The translations under genes and the position numbers were made by a program. A stretch of DNA of 64,000 nt from the NCBI GenBank assembly GCA_964016885.1, contig OZ024740.1, positions 7,564,001-7,628,000 on the forward strand, given 5' to 3'. The DNA comes from Eledone cirrhosa. Lineage: Eukaryota. Below are positions 38,200-53,700 of this stretch, piece by piece (within the stretch, counting starts at the first letter, position 1; every line of letters starts with the position of its first letter). The notes under the pieces were generated by a model that was not told the DNA's origin, ran no database searches, and saw only the letters and a list, made by a program, of their open reading frames with translations.

Positions 38200-41100
38200 A
38201 TGTCAGTTTCTATTGGTATATCAGTTTCGATTGGTATGTCAGTTTCTATTGGTATGTCAGTTTTGATTTTTATATCAGTTACTATTGGTATGTCAGTTTC
38301 GATTGGTATGTCAGTTTCTATTGGTATATGTGTTTCGATTGGTATGTCAGTTTCGATTAGTATATCAGTTTCTATTGGAATGTCAGTTTCTATTGATATA
38401 TCAGTTTCGTTTGGTATATCAGTTTCTATTGGTATGTCAGTTGCGATTGATATATCAGTTTCGATTAGTATGTCAGTTACTAATGGTATGTCAGTTTTGA
38501 TTAGTATATCAGTTTCTATTGGTATGTCAGTTTCGATTGGTATGTCAGTTTCTATTGGTATATCAGTTTCGATTGGTATATCAGTTTTGATTGGTATATC
38601 AGTTTCGATTGGTATGTCAGTTTCTATTGGTATATCAGTTTCTATTGGTATGTCAGTTTCGATTGGTACGTCAGTTTGGATTGGTATGTCAATTTCAATT
38701 GGTATATCAGTTTCGATTAGTATGTCAGTTTCTATTGGTATATCAGTTTCGATTGGTATATCTGTTTCGATTGGTATGTCAGTTTCGATTGATATAACAG
38801 TTTCGATTGGTATGTCAGTTTCGATTAGTATATCAGTTACTATTGGTATGTGAGTTTCTATTGGTATATCAGTTTCAATTGGTATATCAGTTTCGATTAG
38901 TATGTCAGTTTCGAATTGTATGTCAGTTTAGATTGGTATATCAGTTTCTATTGGTATGACAGTTTCGATTGGTATGTCAATTTCGATTGGTATATCAGTT
39001 TCGATTGGTATATCAGTTTCGATTGGTATGTCAGTTTCGATTGGTATCTCAGTTTTGATTAGTTTATTAGTTTATATTGGTATGTCGGTTTCTATTGGTA
39101 TATCAGTTTCGATTGTTATATCAGTTTCGATTAGTATGTCAGTTTCTATTGGTATGTCAGTTTCGATTGGTATATCAGTTTCGATTGGTATATCAGTTTC
39201 TATTGGTATATCAGTTTCTATTGGTATGTCAGTTTAGTTTGGTATAGCAGTTTCTATTGGTATGTCAGTTTCGATTGGTATGTCAGTTTCTATTGGTATA
39301 TCAGTTTCGATTGGTATGTCAGTTTCTATTGGTATGTCAGTTTCGATTATTATATCAGTTACTATTGGTATGTCAGTTTTGATTGGTATGTCAGTTTCTA
39401 TTGGTATATCTGTTTCGATTGGTATGACAGTTTCGATTAGTATATCAGTTTCTATTAGTATATCAGTTTCGATTGGTATATCAGTTTTGATTCGTATGTC
39501 AGTTTCGATTGGTATATCAGTTTCTATTGGTATATCAGTTTAAATTGATATATCAGTTTTCGATTAGTATGTCAGTTTCTATTGGTATATCAGATTTGAT
39601 TGTTATATCAGTTTCGATTGGTATATCAGTTTCGATTGGTATGTCAGTTTCTATTGGTATATCAGTTTCTATTGGTATGTCAGTTTCGATTGGTATGTCA
39701 GTTTCGATTGGTATGTCAATTTCGATTGGTATATTAGTTTCGATTAGCATGTCAGTTACTATTGGTATATCAGTTTCGATTGGTATATCTGTTTCGATTG
39801 GTATGTCAGTTTCTATTGTTATATCAGATTCGATTAGTATGTCAGTTTCGATTAGTATATCAGTTTCTATTGCTATGTCAGTTTTGATTGGTATATCAGT
39901 TTCTACTGGTATATCAGTTTCTATTGGTATGTCAGTTTTTATTGGTATATCAGTTTCTATTGGTATGTCAGTTTCGATTGTTATGTCAGTTTCTATTGGT
40001 ATATCAGTTTCGATTGGTATGTTAGTTTCTATTGGTATGTCAGTTTTGATTGGTATATCAGTTTCTATTGGTATATCAGTTTCTATTGGTATGTCAATTT
40101 CGAATGGTATGTCAGTTTCTATTGGTATATCAGTTTCGATTGGTATGTCAGTTTCGATTAGTATATCAGTTTCTATTGGTATGTGAGTTTCTATTGGTAT
40201 ATCAGTTTCGATTGGTATATCAGTTTCGATTGGTATATCAGTTTCGATTACTATGTCAGTTTCGATTGGTAAATCAGTTTCGATTGGTATGTCAGTTTGG
40301 ATAGGTATGTCAGTTTCGATTGGTATATCAGTTTCGATTGGTAAGTCAGTTTCGATTGGTATGTCAATTTCGATTGGTATCTCACTTTTGATTAGTATAT
40401 TAGTTTCTATTGGTATGTCGGTTTCTATTGGTATATCAGTTTCGATTGGTATGTCAGTTTCTATTGGTATGTCAGTTTCGATTAGTATATCAGTTTCTAT
40501 TGATATGTCTGTTTCGATTGGTATATCAGATTCTATTTTATATCAGTTTTGATTGGTATATCAGTTTCGATTGGTATATCAGTTTCTATTGGTATATCAG
40601 TTTCTATTGGTATGTCAGTTTTGATTGGTATATCAGTTTTGATTGGTATGTCAATTTCAATTAGTATATCAGTTTCGATTGGTATATCAGTTTCGATTAG
40701 TATGTCAGTTTCTATTGGTATGTCAGTTTCGATTGGTATATCAGTTTCGATTGGTACATCAGTTTCTATTGGTATATCAGTTTCTATTGGTATGTCAATT
40801 TTGATTTGTATATCAATTTCTATTGGTATGTCAGTTTCGATTAGTATGTCAGTTCCTATTGGTATATCAGTTTCGATTGGTATGTCAGTTTCTATTGGTA
40901 TATCAGTTTCGATTGGTATATCAGTTTCGATTGGTATATCAGTTTGGATTGGTATGTCAGTTTGGATAGGTATGTCAGTTTCGATTGGTATATCAGTTTC
41001 GATTGGTAAGTAAGTTTCGATTGGTATGTCAATTTTGATTGGTATCTCAGTTTTGATTAGTATATTAGTTTCTATTGGTATGTCGGTTTCTATTGGTATA

Positions 41101-44100
41101 TCAGTTTCGATTGGTATGTCAGTTTCGATTAGTATGTCAGTTTCTATTGGTATGTCAGTTTCGATTAGTATATCAGTTTCTATTGATATGTCTGTTTCGA
41201 TTGGTATATCAGATTCTATTGGTATATCAGTTTTGATTGATATATCAGTTTCGATTAGTATATCAGTTTCTATTGCTATATCAGTTTCTATTGGTATGTC
41301 AGTTTTGATTCGTATATCAGTTTTAATTGGTATGTCAATTTCAATTAGTATATCAGTTTCGATTGGTATATCAGTTTCGATTAGTATGTCAGTTTCTATT
41401 GGTATGTCAGTTTCGATTGGTGTATCAGTTTCGATCGGTATATCAGTTTCCATTGGTATATCAGTTTCTATTGGTATGTCAGTTTTGATTGGTATATCAA
41501 TTTCTATTGGCATGTCAGTTTCGATTAGTATGTCAGTTTCTATTGGTATATCAGTTTCGATTGGTACGTCAGTTTCTATTGGTATGTCAGTTTTGATTTT
41601 TATATCAGTTACTATTGGTATGTCAGTTTCGATTGGTATGTCAGTTTCTATTGGTATATCAGTTTCTATTGGTATGTCAGTTTTAATTGGTATATCATTT
41701 TCTATTGGTATGTCAATTTCGATTAGTATGTCAGTTTCTATTGGTATATCAGTTTCGATTAGTATATCAGTTTCTATTGATATGTCAGTTTCGATTGGTA
41801 TATCAGTTTCGATTGGTATATCAGTTTCGATTGGTATATCAGTTTCTATTGGTATATCAGTTTCTATTGGTATGTCAGTTTTAATTGGTATATCAATTTC
41901 TATTGGTATGTCAATTTCGATTAGTATGTCAGTTTCTATTGGTATATCAGTTTCTATTGGTATATCAGTTTCTATTGGTATGTCAGTTTTAATTGGTATA
42001 TCAATTTCTATTGGTATGTCAATTTCGATTGGTATGTCAGTTTCTATTGGTATGTCAGTTTTGATTTTTATATCAGTTACTATTGGTATGTCAGTTTCGA
42101 TTGGTATGTCAGTTTCTATTGGTATATGTGTTTCGATTGGTATGTCAGTTTCGATTAGTATATCAGTTTCTATTGGAATGTCAGTTTCTATTGATATATC
42201 AGTTTCGTTTGGTATATCAGTTTCTATTGGTATGTCAGTTGCGATTGATATATCAGTTTCGATTAGTATGTCAGTTACTAATGGTATGTCAGTTTTGATT
42301 AGTATATCAGTTTCTATTGGTATGTCAGTTTCGATTGGTATGTCAGTTTCTATTGGTATATCAGTTTCGATTGGTATATCAGTTTTGATTGGTATATCAG
42401 TTTCGATTGGTATGTCAGTTTCGATTGGTACGTCAGTTTGGATTGGTATGTCAATTTCAATTGGTATATCAGTTTCGATTAGTATGTCAGTTTCTATTGG
42501 TATATCAGTTTCGATTGGTATATCTGTTTCGATTGGTATGTCAGTTTCGATTGGTATAACAGTTTCGATTGGTATGTCAGTTTCGATTAGTATATCAGTT
42601 ACTATTGGTATGTGAGTTTCTATTGGTATATCAGTTTCAATTGGTATATCAGTTTCGATTAGTATGTCAGTTTCGAATTGTATGTCAGTTTAGATTGGTA
42701 TATCAGTTTCTATTGGTATGACAGTTTCGATTGGTATGTCAATTTCGATTGGTATATCAGTTTCGATTGGTATATCAGTTTCGATTGGTATGTCAGTTTC
42801 GATTGGTATCTCAGTTTTGATTAGTTTATTAGTTTATATTGGTATGTCGGTTTCTATTGGTATATCAGTTTCGATTGTTATATCACTTTCGATTAGTATG
42901 TCAGTTTCTATTGGTATGTCAGTTTAGATTAGTATGTCAGTTTCGATTGGTATATCAGTTTCGATTGGTATATCAGTTTCTATTGGTATATCAGTTTCTA
43001 TTGGTATGTCAGTTTAGTTTGGTATAGCAGTTTCTATTGGTATGTCAGTTTCGATTGGTATGTCAGTTTCTATTGGTATATCAGTTTCGATTGGTATGTC
43101 AGTTTCTATTGGTATGTCAGTTTCGATTATTATATCAGTTACTATTGGTATGTCAGTTTTGATTGGTATGTCAGTTTCTATTGGTATATCTGTTTCGATT
43201 GGTATGTCAGTTTCGATTAGTATATCAGTTTTTATAGGTATGTCAGTTTCTATTAGTATATCAGTTTCGATTGGTATATCAGTTTTGATTCGTATGTCAG
43301 TTTCGATTGGTATATCAGTTTCTATTGGTATATCAGTTTAAATTGATATATCAGTTTCGATTAGTATGTCAGTTTCTATTGGTATATCAGATTTGATTGT
43401 TATATCAGTTTCGATTGGTATATCAGTTTCGATTGGTATGTCAGTTTCTATTGGTATATCAGTTTCTATTGGTATGTCAGTTTCGATTGGTATGTCAGTT
43501 TCGATTGGTATGTCAATTTCGATTGGTATATTAGTTTCGATTAGCATGTCAGTTACTATTGGTATATCAGTTTCGATTGGTATATCTGTTTCGATTGGTA
43601 TGTCAGTTTCTATTGTTATATCAGATTCGATTAGTATGTCAGTTTCGATTAGTATATCAGTTTCTATTGCTATGTCAGTTTCGATTGGTATATCAGTTTC
43701 TACTGGTATATCAGTTTCTATTGGTATGTCAGTTTTTATTGGTATATCAGTTTCTATTGGTATGTCAGTTTCGATTGTTATGTCAGTTTCTATTGGTATA
43801 TCAGTTTCGATTGGTATGTTAGTTTCTATTGGTATGTCAGTTTTGATTGGTATATCAGTTTCTATTGGTATATCAGTTTCTATTGGTATGTCAATTTCGA
43901 ATGGTATGTCAGTTTCTATTGGTATATCAGTTTCGATTGGTATGTCAGTTTCGATTAGTATATCAGTTTCTATTGGTATGTGAGTTTCTATTGGTATATC
44001 AGTTTCGATTGGTATATCAGTTTCGATTAGTATGTCAGTTTCGATTGGTAAATCAGTTTCGATTGGTATGTCAGTTTGGATAGGTATGTCAGTTTCGATT

Positions 44101-45250
44101 GGTATATCAGTTTCGATTGGTAAGTCAGTTTCGATTGGTATGTCAATTTCGATTGGTATCTCACTTTTGATTAGTATATTAGTTTCTATTGGTATGTCGG
44201 TTTCTATTGGTATATCAGTTTCGATTGGTATGTCAGTTTCTATTGGTATGTCAGTTTCGATTAGTATATCAGTTTCTATTGATATGTCTGTTTCGATTGG
44301 TATATCAGATTCTATTGGTATATCAGTTTTGATTGGTATATCAGTTTCGATTGGTATATCAGTTACTATTGGTATATCAGTTTCTATTGGTATGTCAGTT
44401 TTGATTGGTATATCAGTTTTGATTGGTATGTCAATTTCAATTAGTATATCAGTTTCGATTGGTATATCAGTTTCGATTAGTATGTCAGTTTCTATTGGTA
44501 TGTCAGTTTCGATTGGTATATCAGTTTCGATTGGTATATCAGTTTCGATTGGTACATCAGTTTCTATTGGTATATCAGTTTCTATTGGTATGTCAATTTT
44601 GATTTGTATATCAATTTCTATTGGTATGTCAGTTTCGATTAGTATGTCAGTTTCTATTGGTATATCAGTTTCGATTGGTATGTCAGTTTCTATTGGTATA
44701 TCAGTTTCGATTGGTATATCAGTTTCGATTGGTAAGTAAGTTTCGATTGGTATGTCAATTTCGATTGGTATCTCAGTTTTGATTAGTATATTAGTTTCTA
44801 TTGGTATGTCGGTTTCTATTGGTATATCAGTTTCGATTGGTATGTCAGTTTCGATTAGTATGTCTGTTTCTATTGGTATGTCAGTTTCGATTAGTATATC
44901 AGTTCCTATTGATATGTCTGTTTCGATTGGTATATCAGATTCTATTGGTATATCAGTTTTGATTGATATATCAGTTTCGATTAGTATATCAGTTTCTATT
45001 GGTATATCAGTTTCTATTGGTATGTCAGTTTCTATTGGTATGTCAGTTTCGATTGGTGTATCAGTTTCGATCGGTATATCAGTTTCCATTGGTATATCAG
45101 TTTCTATTGGTATGTCAGTTTTGATTGGTATATCAATTTCTATTGGCATGTCAGCTTCGATTAGTATGTCAGTTTCTATTGGTATATCAGTTTCGATTGG
45201 TATGTCAGTTTCTATTGGTATGTCAGTTTTGATTTTTATATCAGTTACTA
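38200..45250. repeat. HOR block F: ~3797-3798-bp period (211 monomers), overlapping block E; boundaries approximate
   Basis: ORF offsets 38285/42083 and 40050/43847. Markers include GGTAAATCAG, CTCACTTTTG and GGTAAGTAAG. Confidence 0.8.
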
Positions 45251-47769
45251 TTGGTATGTCAGTTTCGATTGGTATGTCAGTTTCGATTAGTATATCAGTT
45301 TCTATTGGACTGTCAGTTTCCATTGATATATCAGTTTCGTTTGGTATATCAGTTTCTATAGGTATATCAGTTTCGATTGGTATGTCAGTTTCTATTGGTA
45401 TATCAGTTGCGATTGATATATCAGTTTCGATTAGTATGTCAGTTTCTAATGGTATGTCAGTTTTGATTAGTATATCAGTTTCTATTGGTATGTCAGTTTC
45501 GATTGTTATGTCAGTTTCTATTGGTATATCAGTTTCTATTGGTATGTCAGTTTCGATTGGTACGTCAGTTTGGATTGGTATGTCACTTTTAATTCGTATA
45601 TCAGTTTCGATTAGTATGTCAGTTTTTATTGGTATATCAGTTTCGATTGGTATATCTGTTTCGATTGGTATGTCAGTTTCGATTTGTATATCAGTTTCGA
45701 TTGGTATGTCAGTTTCGATTAGTATATCAGTTACTATTGGTATGTCAGTTTTTATTGGTATATCAGTTTCGATTGGTATATCAGTTTCTATTGGTATATC
45801 AGTTTCTATTGGTATGTCAGTTTAGATTGGTATAGCAGTTTCTATTGGTATATCAGTTTCGATTGGTATATCAGATTCTATTGGTATATCAGTTTTGATT
45901 GGTATATCAGTTTCGATTAGTATATCAGTTTCTATTGGTATATCAGTTTCTATTGGTATGTCAGTTTTGATTGGTATATCAGTTTTAATTGGCATGTCAA
46001 TTTCAATTAGTATATCAGTTTCGATTGGTATATCAGTTTCGATTAGTATGTCAGTTTCTATTGGTATGCCAGTTTCGATTGGTGTATCAGTTTCGATTGG
46101 TATATCAGTATCCATTGGTATATCAGTTTCTATTGGTATGTCAGTTTTGATTGGTATATCAATTTCTATTGGCATGTCAGTTTCGATTAGTATGTCAGTT
46201 TCTATTGGTATATCAGTTTCGATTGGTATGTCAGTTTCTATTGGTATGTCAGTTTTGATTTTTATATCAGTTACTATTGGTATGTCAGTTTCGATTGGTA
46301 TGTCAGTTTCGATTAGTATATCAGTTTCTATAGGTATATCAGTTTCGATTGGTATGTCAATTTCGATTGGTATATTAGTTTCGATTAGTATGTCAGTTAC
46401 TATTGGTATATCAGTTTCGATTGGTTTATCTGTTTCGATTGGTATGTCAGTTTCTATTGTTATATCAGATTCGATTAATATGTCAGTTTCGATTAGTATA
46501 TCAGTTTCTATTGCTATGTCAGTTTCGATTGGTATATCAGTTTCTACTGGTATATCAGTTTCTATTGGTATGTCAGTTTCGATTGTTATATCAGTTTCGA
46601 TTGTTATATCAGTTTCGATTAGTATGTCAGTTTCTATTTGTATGTCAGTTTCGATTAGAATGTCAGTTTCGATTGGTATATCAGTTTCGATTCGTATATC
46701 AGTTTCTATTGGTATATCAGTTTCTATTGGTATGTTAGTTTTGATTGGTATAGCAGTTTCTATTGGTATGTAAGTTTCGATTGGTATGTCATTTTCTATT
46801 GGTATATCAGTTTCGATTGGTATGTCAGTTCCTATTGGTATGTCCGTTTCGATTATTATATCAGTTACTATTGGTATGTCAGTTTCTATTGGTATATCTG
46901 TTTCGATTGGTATGTCAGTTTCGATTAGTATATCAGTTTCTATAGGTATGTCAGTTTCTATTAGTATATCAGTTTCGATTGGTATATCAGTTTCGATTGG
47001 TATGTCAGTTTCGATTGGTATATCAGTTTCTATTGGTATGTTAGTTTAGATTGATATATCAGTTTCGATTAGTATGTCAGTTACTATTGGTATATCAGTT
47101 TCGATCGGTATATCTGTTTCGATTGGTATGTCAGTTTCTATTGTTATATCAGATTCGATTAGTATGTCAGTTTCGATTGGTATATCAGTTTCTATTGGTA
47201 TATCAGTTTCTATTGGTATGTCAGTTTTTATTGGTATATCAGTTTCTATTGGTATATCAGTTTCGATTGTTATGTCAGTTTCTATTGGTATATCAGTTTC
47301 GATTGGTATGTTAGTTTCTATTGGTATGTCAGTTTCGATTAGTATATCAGTTTCTATTGGTTTGTCAGTTTCGATTGGTATATCAGTTTCTATTAGTATA
47401 TCAGTTTCTATTGGTAAGTCAATTTCGAGTGGTATATCAGTTTCGATTAGTATGTCAGTTTCTATTGGTATATCAGTATCGATTGGTATATCTGTTTCGA
47501 TTGGTATGTCAGTTTCGATTGGTATGTCAGTTTCGATTAGTATATCAGTTTCTATTCGTATGTCAGTTTCTATTGGTATATCAGTTTCGATTGGTATATC
47601 AGTTTCGATTAGTATGTCAGTTTCTATTGGTATGTCAGTTTCGATTAGTATATCAGTTTGGATTGGTATGTCAATTTCAATTGGTATATCAGTTTCGATT
47701 AGTATGTCAGTTTCGATTGGTATATCAGTTTCGATTGGTATGTCAGTTTCGATTAGTATATCAGTTTCT

Positions 47770-50700
47770 ATTGGTATGTGAGTTTCTATTGGTATATCAG
47801 TTTCGATTGGTATATCAGTTTCGATTAGTATGTCAGTTTCTATTGGTATGTCAGTTTCGATTAATATAACAGTTTAGATTGGTATATCAGTTTCTATTGG
47901 TATGACAGTTTCGATTGGTATATCAGTTTTGATTGGTATATCTGTTTCGTTTGGTATATCAGTTTCTATTGGTATATCAGTTTCTATTGGTATGACAGTT
48001 TCGATTGGTATATCAGTTTCGATTGGTATGTCAGTTTGGATAGGTATGTCAGTTTCGATTGGTATGTCAGTTTCGATTGGTATGTCAATTTCGATTGGTA
48101 TATCAGTTTTGATTAGTATATCAGTTTCTATTGGACTTTCAGTTTCTATTGATATATCAGTTTCGATTGGTATATCTGTTTTGTTTGGTATATCAGTTTC
48201 TTTTGGTATATCAGTTTCTATTGGTATGACAGTTTCGATTGGTATATCAGTTTCTATTGGTATGTCAGTTTCGATTGGTATGTCAGTTTCTATTGGTATA
48301 TCAGTTGCGATTGATATATCAGTTTCGATTAGTATGTCAGTTTCTAATGGTATGTCAGTTTTGATTAGTATATCAGTTTCTATTGGTATGTCAGTTTCTA
48401 TTGGTATATCAGTTTCGATTGGTATATCAGTTTCGATTGGTATGTCAGTTTCTATTGGTATACCAGTTTCTATTGGTATGTCAGTTTCGATTGGTACGTC
48501 AGTTTGGATTGGTATGTCAATTTCAATTGTTATATCAGTTTCGATTAGTATGTCAGTTTCTATTGGTATATCAGTTTCGATTGGTATATCTGTTTCGATT
48601 GGTATGTCAGTTTCGATTTGTATATCAGTTTCGATTGGTATGTCAATTTCGATTGTTATGTCAGTTTCTATTGGTATATCAGTTTCGATTGGTATGTTAG
48701 TTTCTATTGGTATGTCAGTTTCGATTAGTATATCAGTTTCTATTGGTTTGTCAGTTTCGATTGGTATATCAGTTTCTATTGGTATATCAGTTTCTATTGG
48801 TATGTCAATTTCGAATGGTATATCAGTTTCGATTAGTATGTCAGTTTCTATTGGTATATCAGTTTCGATTGGTATATCTGTTTCGATTGGTATGTCAGTT
48901 TCGATTGGTATGTCAGTTTCGATTAATATATCAGTTTCTATTGGTATGTCAGTTTCTATTGGTATATCAGTTTCGATTGGTATATCAGTTTCGATTAGTA
49001 TGTCAGTTTCGATTGGTATATCTGTTTCGATTGGTATGTCAGTTTCGATTAGTATATCAGTTTCTATTGGTATGTGAGTTCTATTGGTTATATCAGTTTC
49101 GATTGGTATATCAGTTTTGATTGGTATGTCAGTTTCTATTGGTATATCTGTTTCGATTGGTATATCAGTTTCGATTGGTATTAAAGTTTTGATTAGTATA
49201 TTAATTTCTATTGGTATGTCGGTTTCTATTGGTATATCAGTTTCGATTGTTATATCAGTTTCGATTAGTATGTCAGTTTCTATTGGTATGTCAGTTTCGA
49301 TTAGTATGTCAGTTTCGATTGGTATATCAGTTTCGATTGGTATATCAGTTTCTATTGGTATATCAGTTTCTATTGGTACGTCAGTTTTGATTGGTATGTC
49401 AGTTTCTATTGGTATATCTGTTTCGATTGGTTTGTCAGTTTCGATTAGTAAATCAGTTTCTATAGGTATGTCAGTTTCTATTAGTAGATCAGTTTCGATT
49501 GGTATAGCTGTTTCGATTGGTATGTCAGTTTCGATTGTTATGTCAGTTTCTAATGGTATGTCAGTTTTGATTAGTATATCAGTTTCTATTGGTATGTCAG
49601 TTTTGATTGGTATGTCAGTTTCTATTGGTATATCTGTTTCGATTGGTATATCAGTTTCGATTGGTATTAAAGTTTTGATTAGTATATTAGTGTCTATTGC
49701 TATGTCAGTTTCGATTGTTATATCAGTTTCTATTGGTATATCAGTTTCGATTAGTATGTCAGTTTCTATTGGTATATCAGTTTCGATTGGTATATCTGTT
49801 TCGATTGGTTATATCAGTTTCGATTGGTATATCAGTTTCGATTAGTATGTCAGTTTCTATTGGTATGTCAGTTTTGATTGGTATGTCAGTTTCTATTGGT
49901 ATATCTGTTTCGATTGGTATATCAGTTTCGATTGGTATTAAAGTTTTGATTAGTATATTAGTTTCTATTGCTATGTCAGTTTCGATTGGTATATCAGTTT
50001 CTATTGGTATATCAGTTTCGATTAGTATGTCAGTTTCTATTGGTATATCAGTTTCGATTGGTATATCTGTTTCGATTGGTATGTCAGTTTCGATTTGTAT
50101 ATCAGTTTCGATTGGTATGTCAGTTTCGATTAGTATATCAGTAACTATTGGTATGTTAGTATCTATTGGTACATCAGTTTCTATTGGTATGTCAATTTCG
50201 ATTGTTATGTCAGTTTCTAATGGTATGTCAGTTTTGATTAGTATATCAGTTTCTATTGTTATATCAGTTTCGATTAGTATGTCAGTTTCTATTGGTATAT
50301 CAGTTTCGATTGGTATATCTGTTTCGATTGGTATGTCAGTTTCGATTGGTATGTCAGTTTCGATTAGTATATCAGTTTCTATTGGTATGTCAGTTTCTAT
50401 TGGTATATCAGTTTATATTGGTATGTGAGTTCTATTGGTTATATCAGTTTCGATTGGTATATCAGTTTCGATTAGTATGTCAGTTTCTATTGGTATGTCA
50501 GTTTTGATTGGTATGTCAGTTTCTATTGCTATATCTGTTTCGATTGGTATATCAGTTTCGATTGGTATTAAAGTTTTGATTAGTATATTAGTTTCTATTG
50601 CTATGTCAGTTTCGATTGGTATATCAGTTTCTATTGGTATATCAGTTTCGATTAGTATGTCAGTTTCTATTGGTATATCAGTTTCGATTGGTATATCTGT

Positions 50701-53700
50701 TTCGATTGGTATGTCAATTTCGATTTGTATATCAGTTTCGATTGGTATGTCAGTTTCTATTGGTATGTCAGTTTTGATTGGTATGTCAGTTTCTATTGGT
50801 ATATCAGTTTCTATTGGTATATCAGTTTCGATTGCTATGTTAGTTTCTATTGGTATATTAGTTTCTATTGCTATGTCAGTTTCGATTGGTATATCAGTTT
50901 CTATTGGTATATCAGTTTCTATTGGAATGTCAGTTTTTATTGGTATATCAGTTTCTATTGGTTTGTCAGTTTCGATTGGTATATCAGTTTCTATTGGTAT
51001 ATCAGTTTCTATTGGTACGTCAATTTCGAATGGTATATCAGTTTCAATTAGTATGTCAGTTTCTATTGGTATATCAGTTTCGATTGGTATATCTGTTTCG
51101 ATTGGTTTGTCAGTTTCGATTGGTATATCAGTTTCTATTGGTTTGTCAGTTTCGATTGGTATATCAGTTTCTATTGGTATATCAGTTTCTATTGGTACGT
51201 CAATTTTGAATGGTATATCAGTTTCGATTAGTATGTCAGTTTCTATTGGTATATCAGTTTCGATTGGTATATCTGTTTCGATTGGTATGTCAGTTTCGAT
51301 TGGTATGTCAGTTTCGATTAGTATATCAGTTTTTATTGGTATGTCAGTTTCTATTGGTATATCAGTTTCGATTAGTATGTCAGTTTCTATTGGTATGTCA
51401 GTTTCGATTAGTATATCAGTTTGGATTGGTATGTCAATTTGAATTGGTATATCAGTTTCGATTAGTATGTCAGTTTCTATTGGTATATCAGTTTCGATTG
51501 GTATATCTGTTTCGATTGGTATGTCAGTTTCGATTTGTATATCAGTTTCGATTGGTATGTCAGTTTCGATTAGTATATCAGTAACTATTGGTATGTTAGT
51601 ATCTATTGGTACATCAGTTTCTATTGGTATGTCAATTTCGATTGTTATGTCAGTTTCTAATGGTATGTCAGTTTTGATTAGTATATCAGTTTCTATTGGT
51701 ATATCAGTTTCGATTAGTATGTCAGTTTCTATTGGTATATCAGTTTCGATTGGTATATCTGTTTCGATTGGTATGTCAGTTTCGATTGGTATGTTAGTTT
51801 CGATTAGTATATCAGTTTCTATTGGTATGTCAGTTTCTATTGGTATATCAGTTTCGATGGGTATATCAGTTTCGATTAGTATGTCAATTTCTATTGGTAT
51901 GTCAATTTCAATTGGTATATCAGTTTCGATTAGTATGTCAGTTTCGATTGGTATATCAGTTTCGATTAGTATGTCAGTTTCTATTGGTACGTCAGTTTCG
52001 ATTAATATAACAGTTTAGATTGGTATATCAGTTTCTATTGGTAGGACAGTTTCGATTGGTATATCAGTTTCGATTGGTATATCAGTTTCGATTGGTATCT
52101 CAGTTTTGATTAGTATATTAGTTTCTATTGGTATGTCGGTTTCTATTGGTATATCAGTTTCGATTGTTATACCAGTTTCGATTAGTATGTCTGTTTCTAT
52201 TGGTATGTCAGTTTCGATTGGTATATCAGTTTCGACTGGTATATCAGTTTCTATTGGTATGTCAGTTTTGATTGGTATGTCAGTTTCTATTGGTATATCT
52301 GTTTCGATTGGTATGTCAGTTTCGATTAGTAAATCAGTTTCTATAGGTATGTCAGTTTCTATTAGTATATCAGTTTCGATTGGTATATCGGTTTCGATTG
52401 GTATGTCAGTTTCGATTGGTATATCAGTTTCTATTGGTATATTAGTTTAGATTGATATATCAGTTTCGATTAGTATGTCAGTTTCTATTGGTATATCAGT
52501 TTCAATTGTTATATCAGTTTCGATTGGTATATCAGTTTCGATTGGTATGTCAGTTTCTATTGGTATATCAGTTACTATTGGTATGTCAGTTTCGATTGGT
52601 ATGTCAGTTTCGATTGGTATGTCAATTTCGATTGGTACATCAGTTTCGATTAGTATGTCAGTTACTATTGGTATATCAGTTTCGATTGGTATGTGAGTTT
52701 CTATTGGTATATCAGTTTCGATTGGTATATCAGTTTCGATTAGTATGTCAGTTTCTATTGGTATGTCAGTTTCGATTAATATAACAGTTTAGATTGGTAT
52801 ATCAGTTTCTATTGGTATGACAGTTTCGATTGGTATATCAGTTTCGATTGGTATATCTGTTTCGTTTGGTATATCAGTTTCTATTGGTATATCAGTTTCT
52901 ATTGGTATGACAGTTTCGATTGGTATATCAGTTTCGATTGGTATGTCAGTTTGGATTGGTATGTCAATTTCGATTGGTATATCAGTTTTGATTAGTATAT
53001 CAGTTTCTATTGGACTTTCAGTTTCTATTGATATATCAGTTTCGATTGGTATATCTGTTTTGTTTGGTATATCAGTTTCTTTTGGTATATCAGTTTCTAT
53101 TGGTATGACAGTTTCGATTGGTATATCAGTTTCTATTGGTATGTCAGTTTCGATTGGTATGTCAGTTTCTATTGGTATATCAGTTGCGATTGATATATCA
53201 GTTTCGATTAGTATGTCAGTTTCTAATGGTATGTCAGTTTTGATTAGTATATCAGTTTCTATTGGTATGTCAGTTTCTATTGGTATATCAGTTTCGATTG
53301 GTATATCAGTTTCGATTGGTATGTCAGTTTCTATTGGTATACCAGTTTCTATTGGTATGTCAGTTTCGATTGGTACGTCAGTTTGGATTGGTATGTCAAT
53401 TTCAATTGTTATATCAGTTTCGATTAGTATGTCAGTTTCTATTGGTATATCAGTTTCGATTGGTATATCTGTTTCGATTGGTATGTCAGTTTCGATTTGT
53501 ATATCAGTTTCGATTGGTATGTCAATTTCGATTGTTATGTCAGTTTCTATTGGTATATCAGTTTCGATTGGTATGTTAGTTTCTATTGGTATGTCAGTTT
53601 CGATTAGTATATCAGTTTCTATTGGTTTGTCAGTTTCGATTGGTATATCAGTTTCTATTGGTATATCAGTTTCTATTGGTATGTCAATTTCGAATGGTAT

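Larger units (their letters stand above)
33295..39770. repeat. HOR block E: ~2664-2682-bp satellite unit duplicated; first copy carries both retroposons, second is empty; boundaries approximate
   Basis: Offsets 35053/37717 and 35338/38002 (2664) and 35603/38285 (2682). Markers include GGTATATGATTTTCG, TCGAATTGTATG and GTTTAGTTTGG. Confidence 0.88.

Noticed and set aside
10241-40540. Singleton indels near 10247, 26806, 39557 and 40537 as meaningful phase shifts
   Set aside because: Each is present in only one HOR copy, so without reads they cannot be told apart from consensus errors or private mutations.
43338-45323. 661-aa PIETDI-repeat ORF, and all similar SIGMSV / LVYQFR / PIETDI ORFs, as a repetitive protein gene
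   Set aside because: An 18-bp monomer with stop-free frames gives long ORFs automatically, on both strands and in several frames. Stops and frameshifts are frequent and get copied with the HORs, and there are no unique termini or domains.
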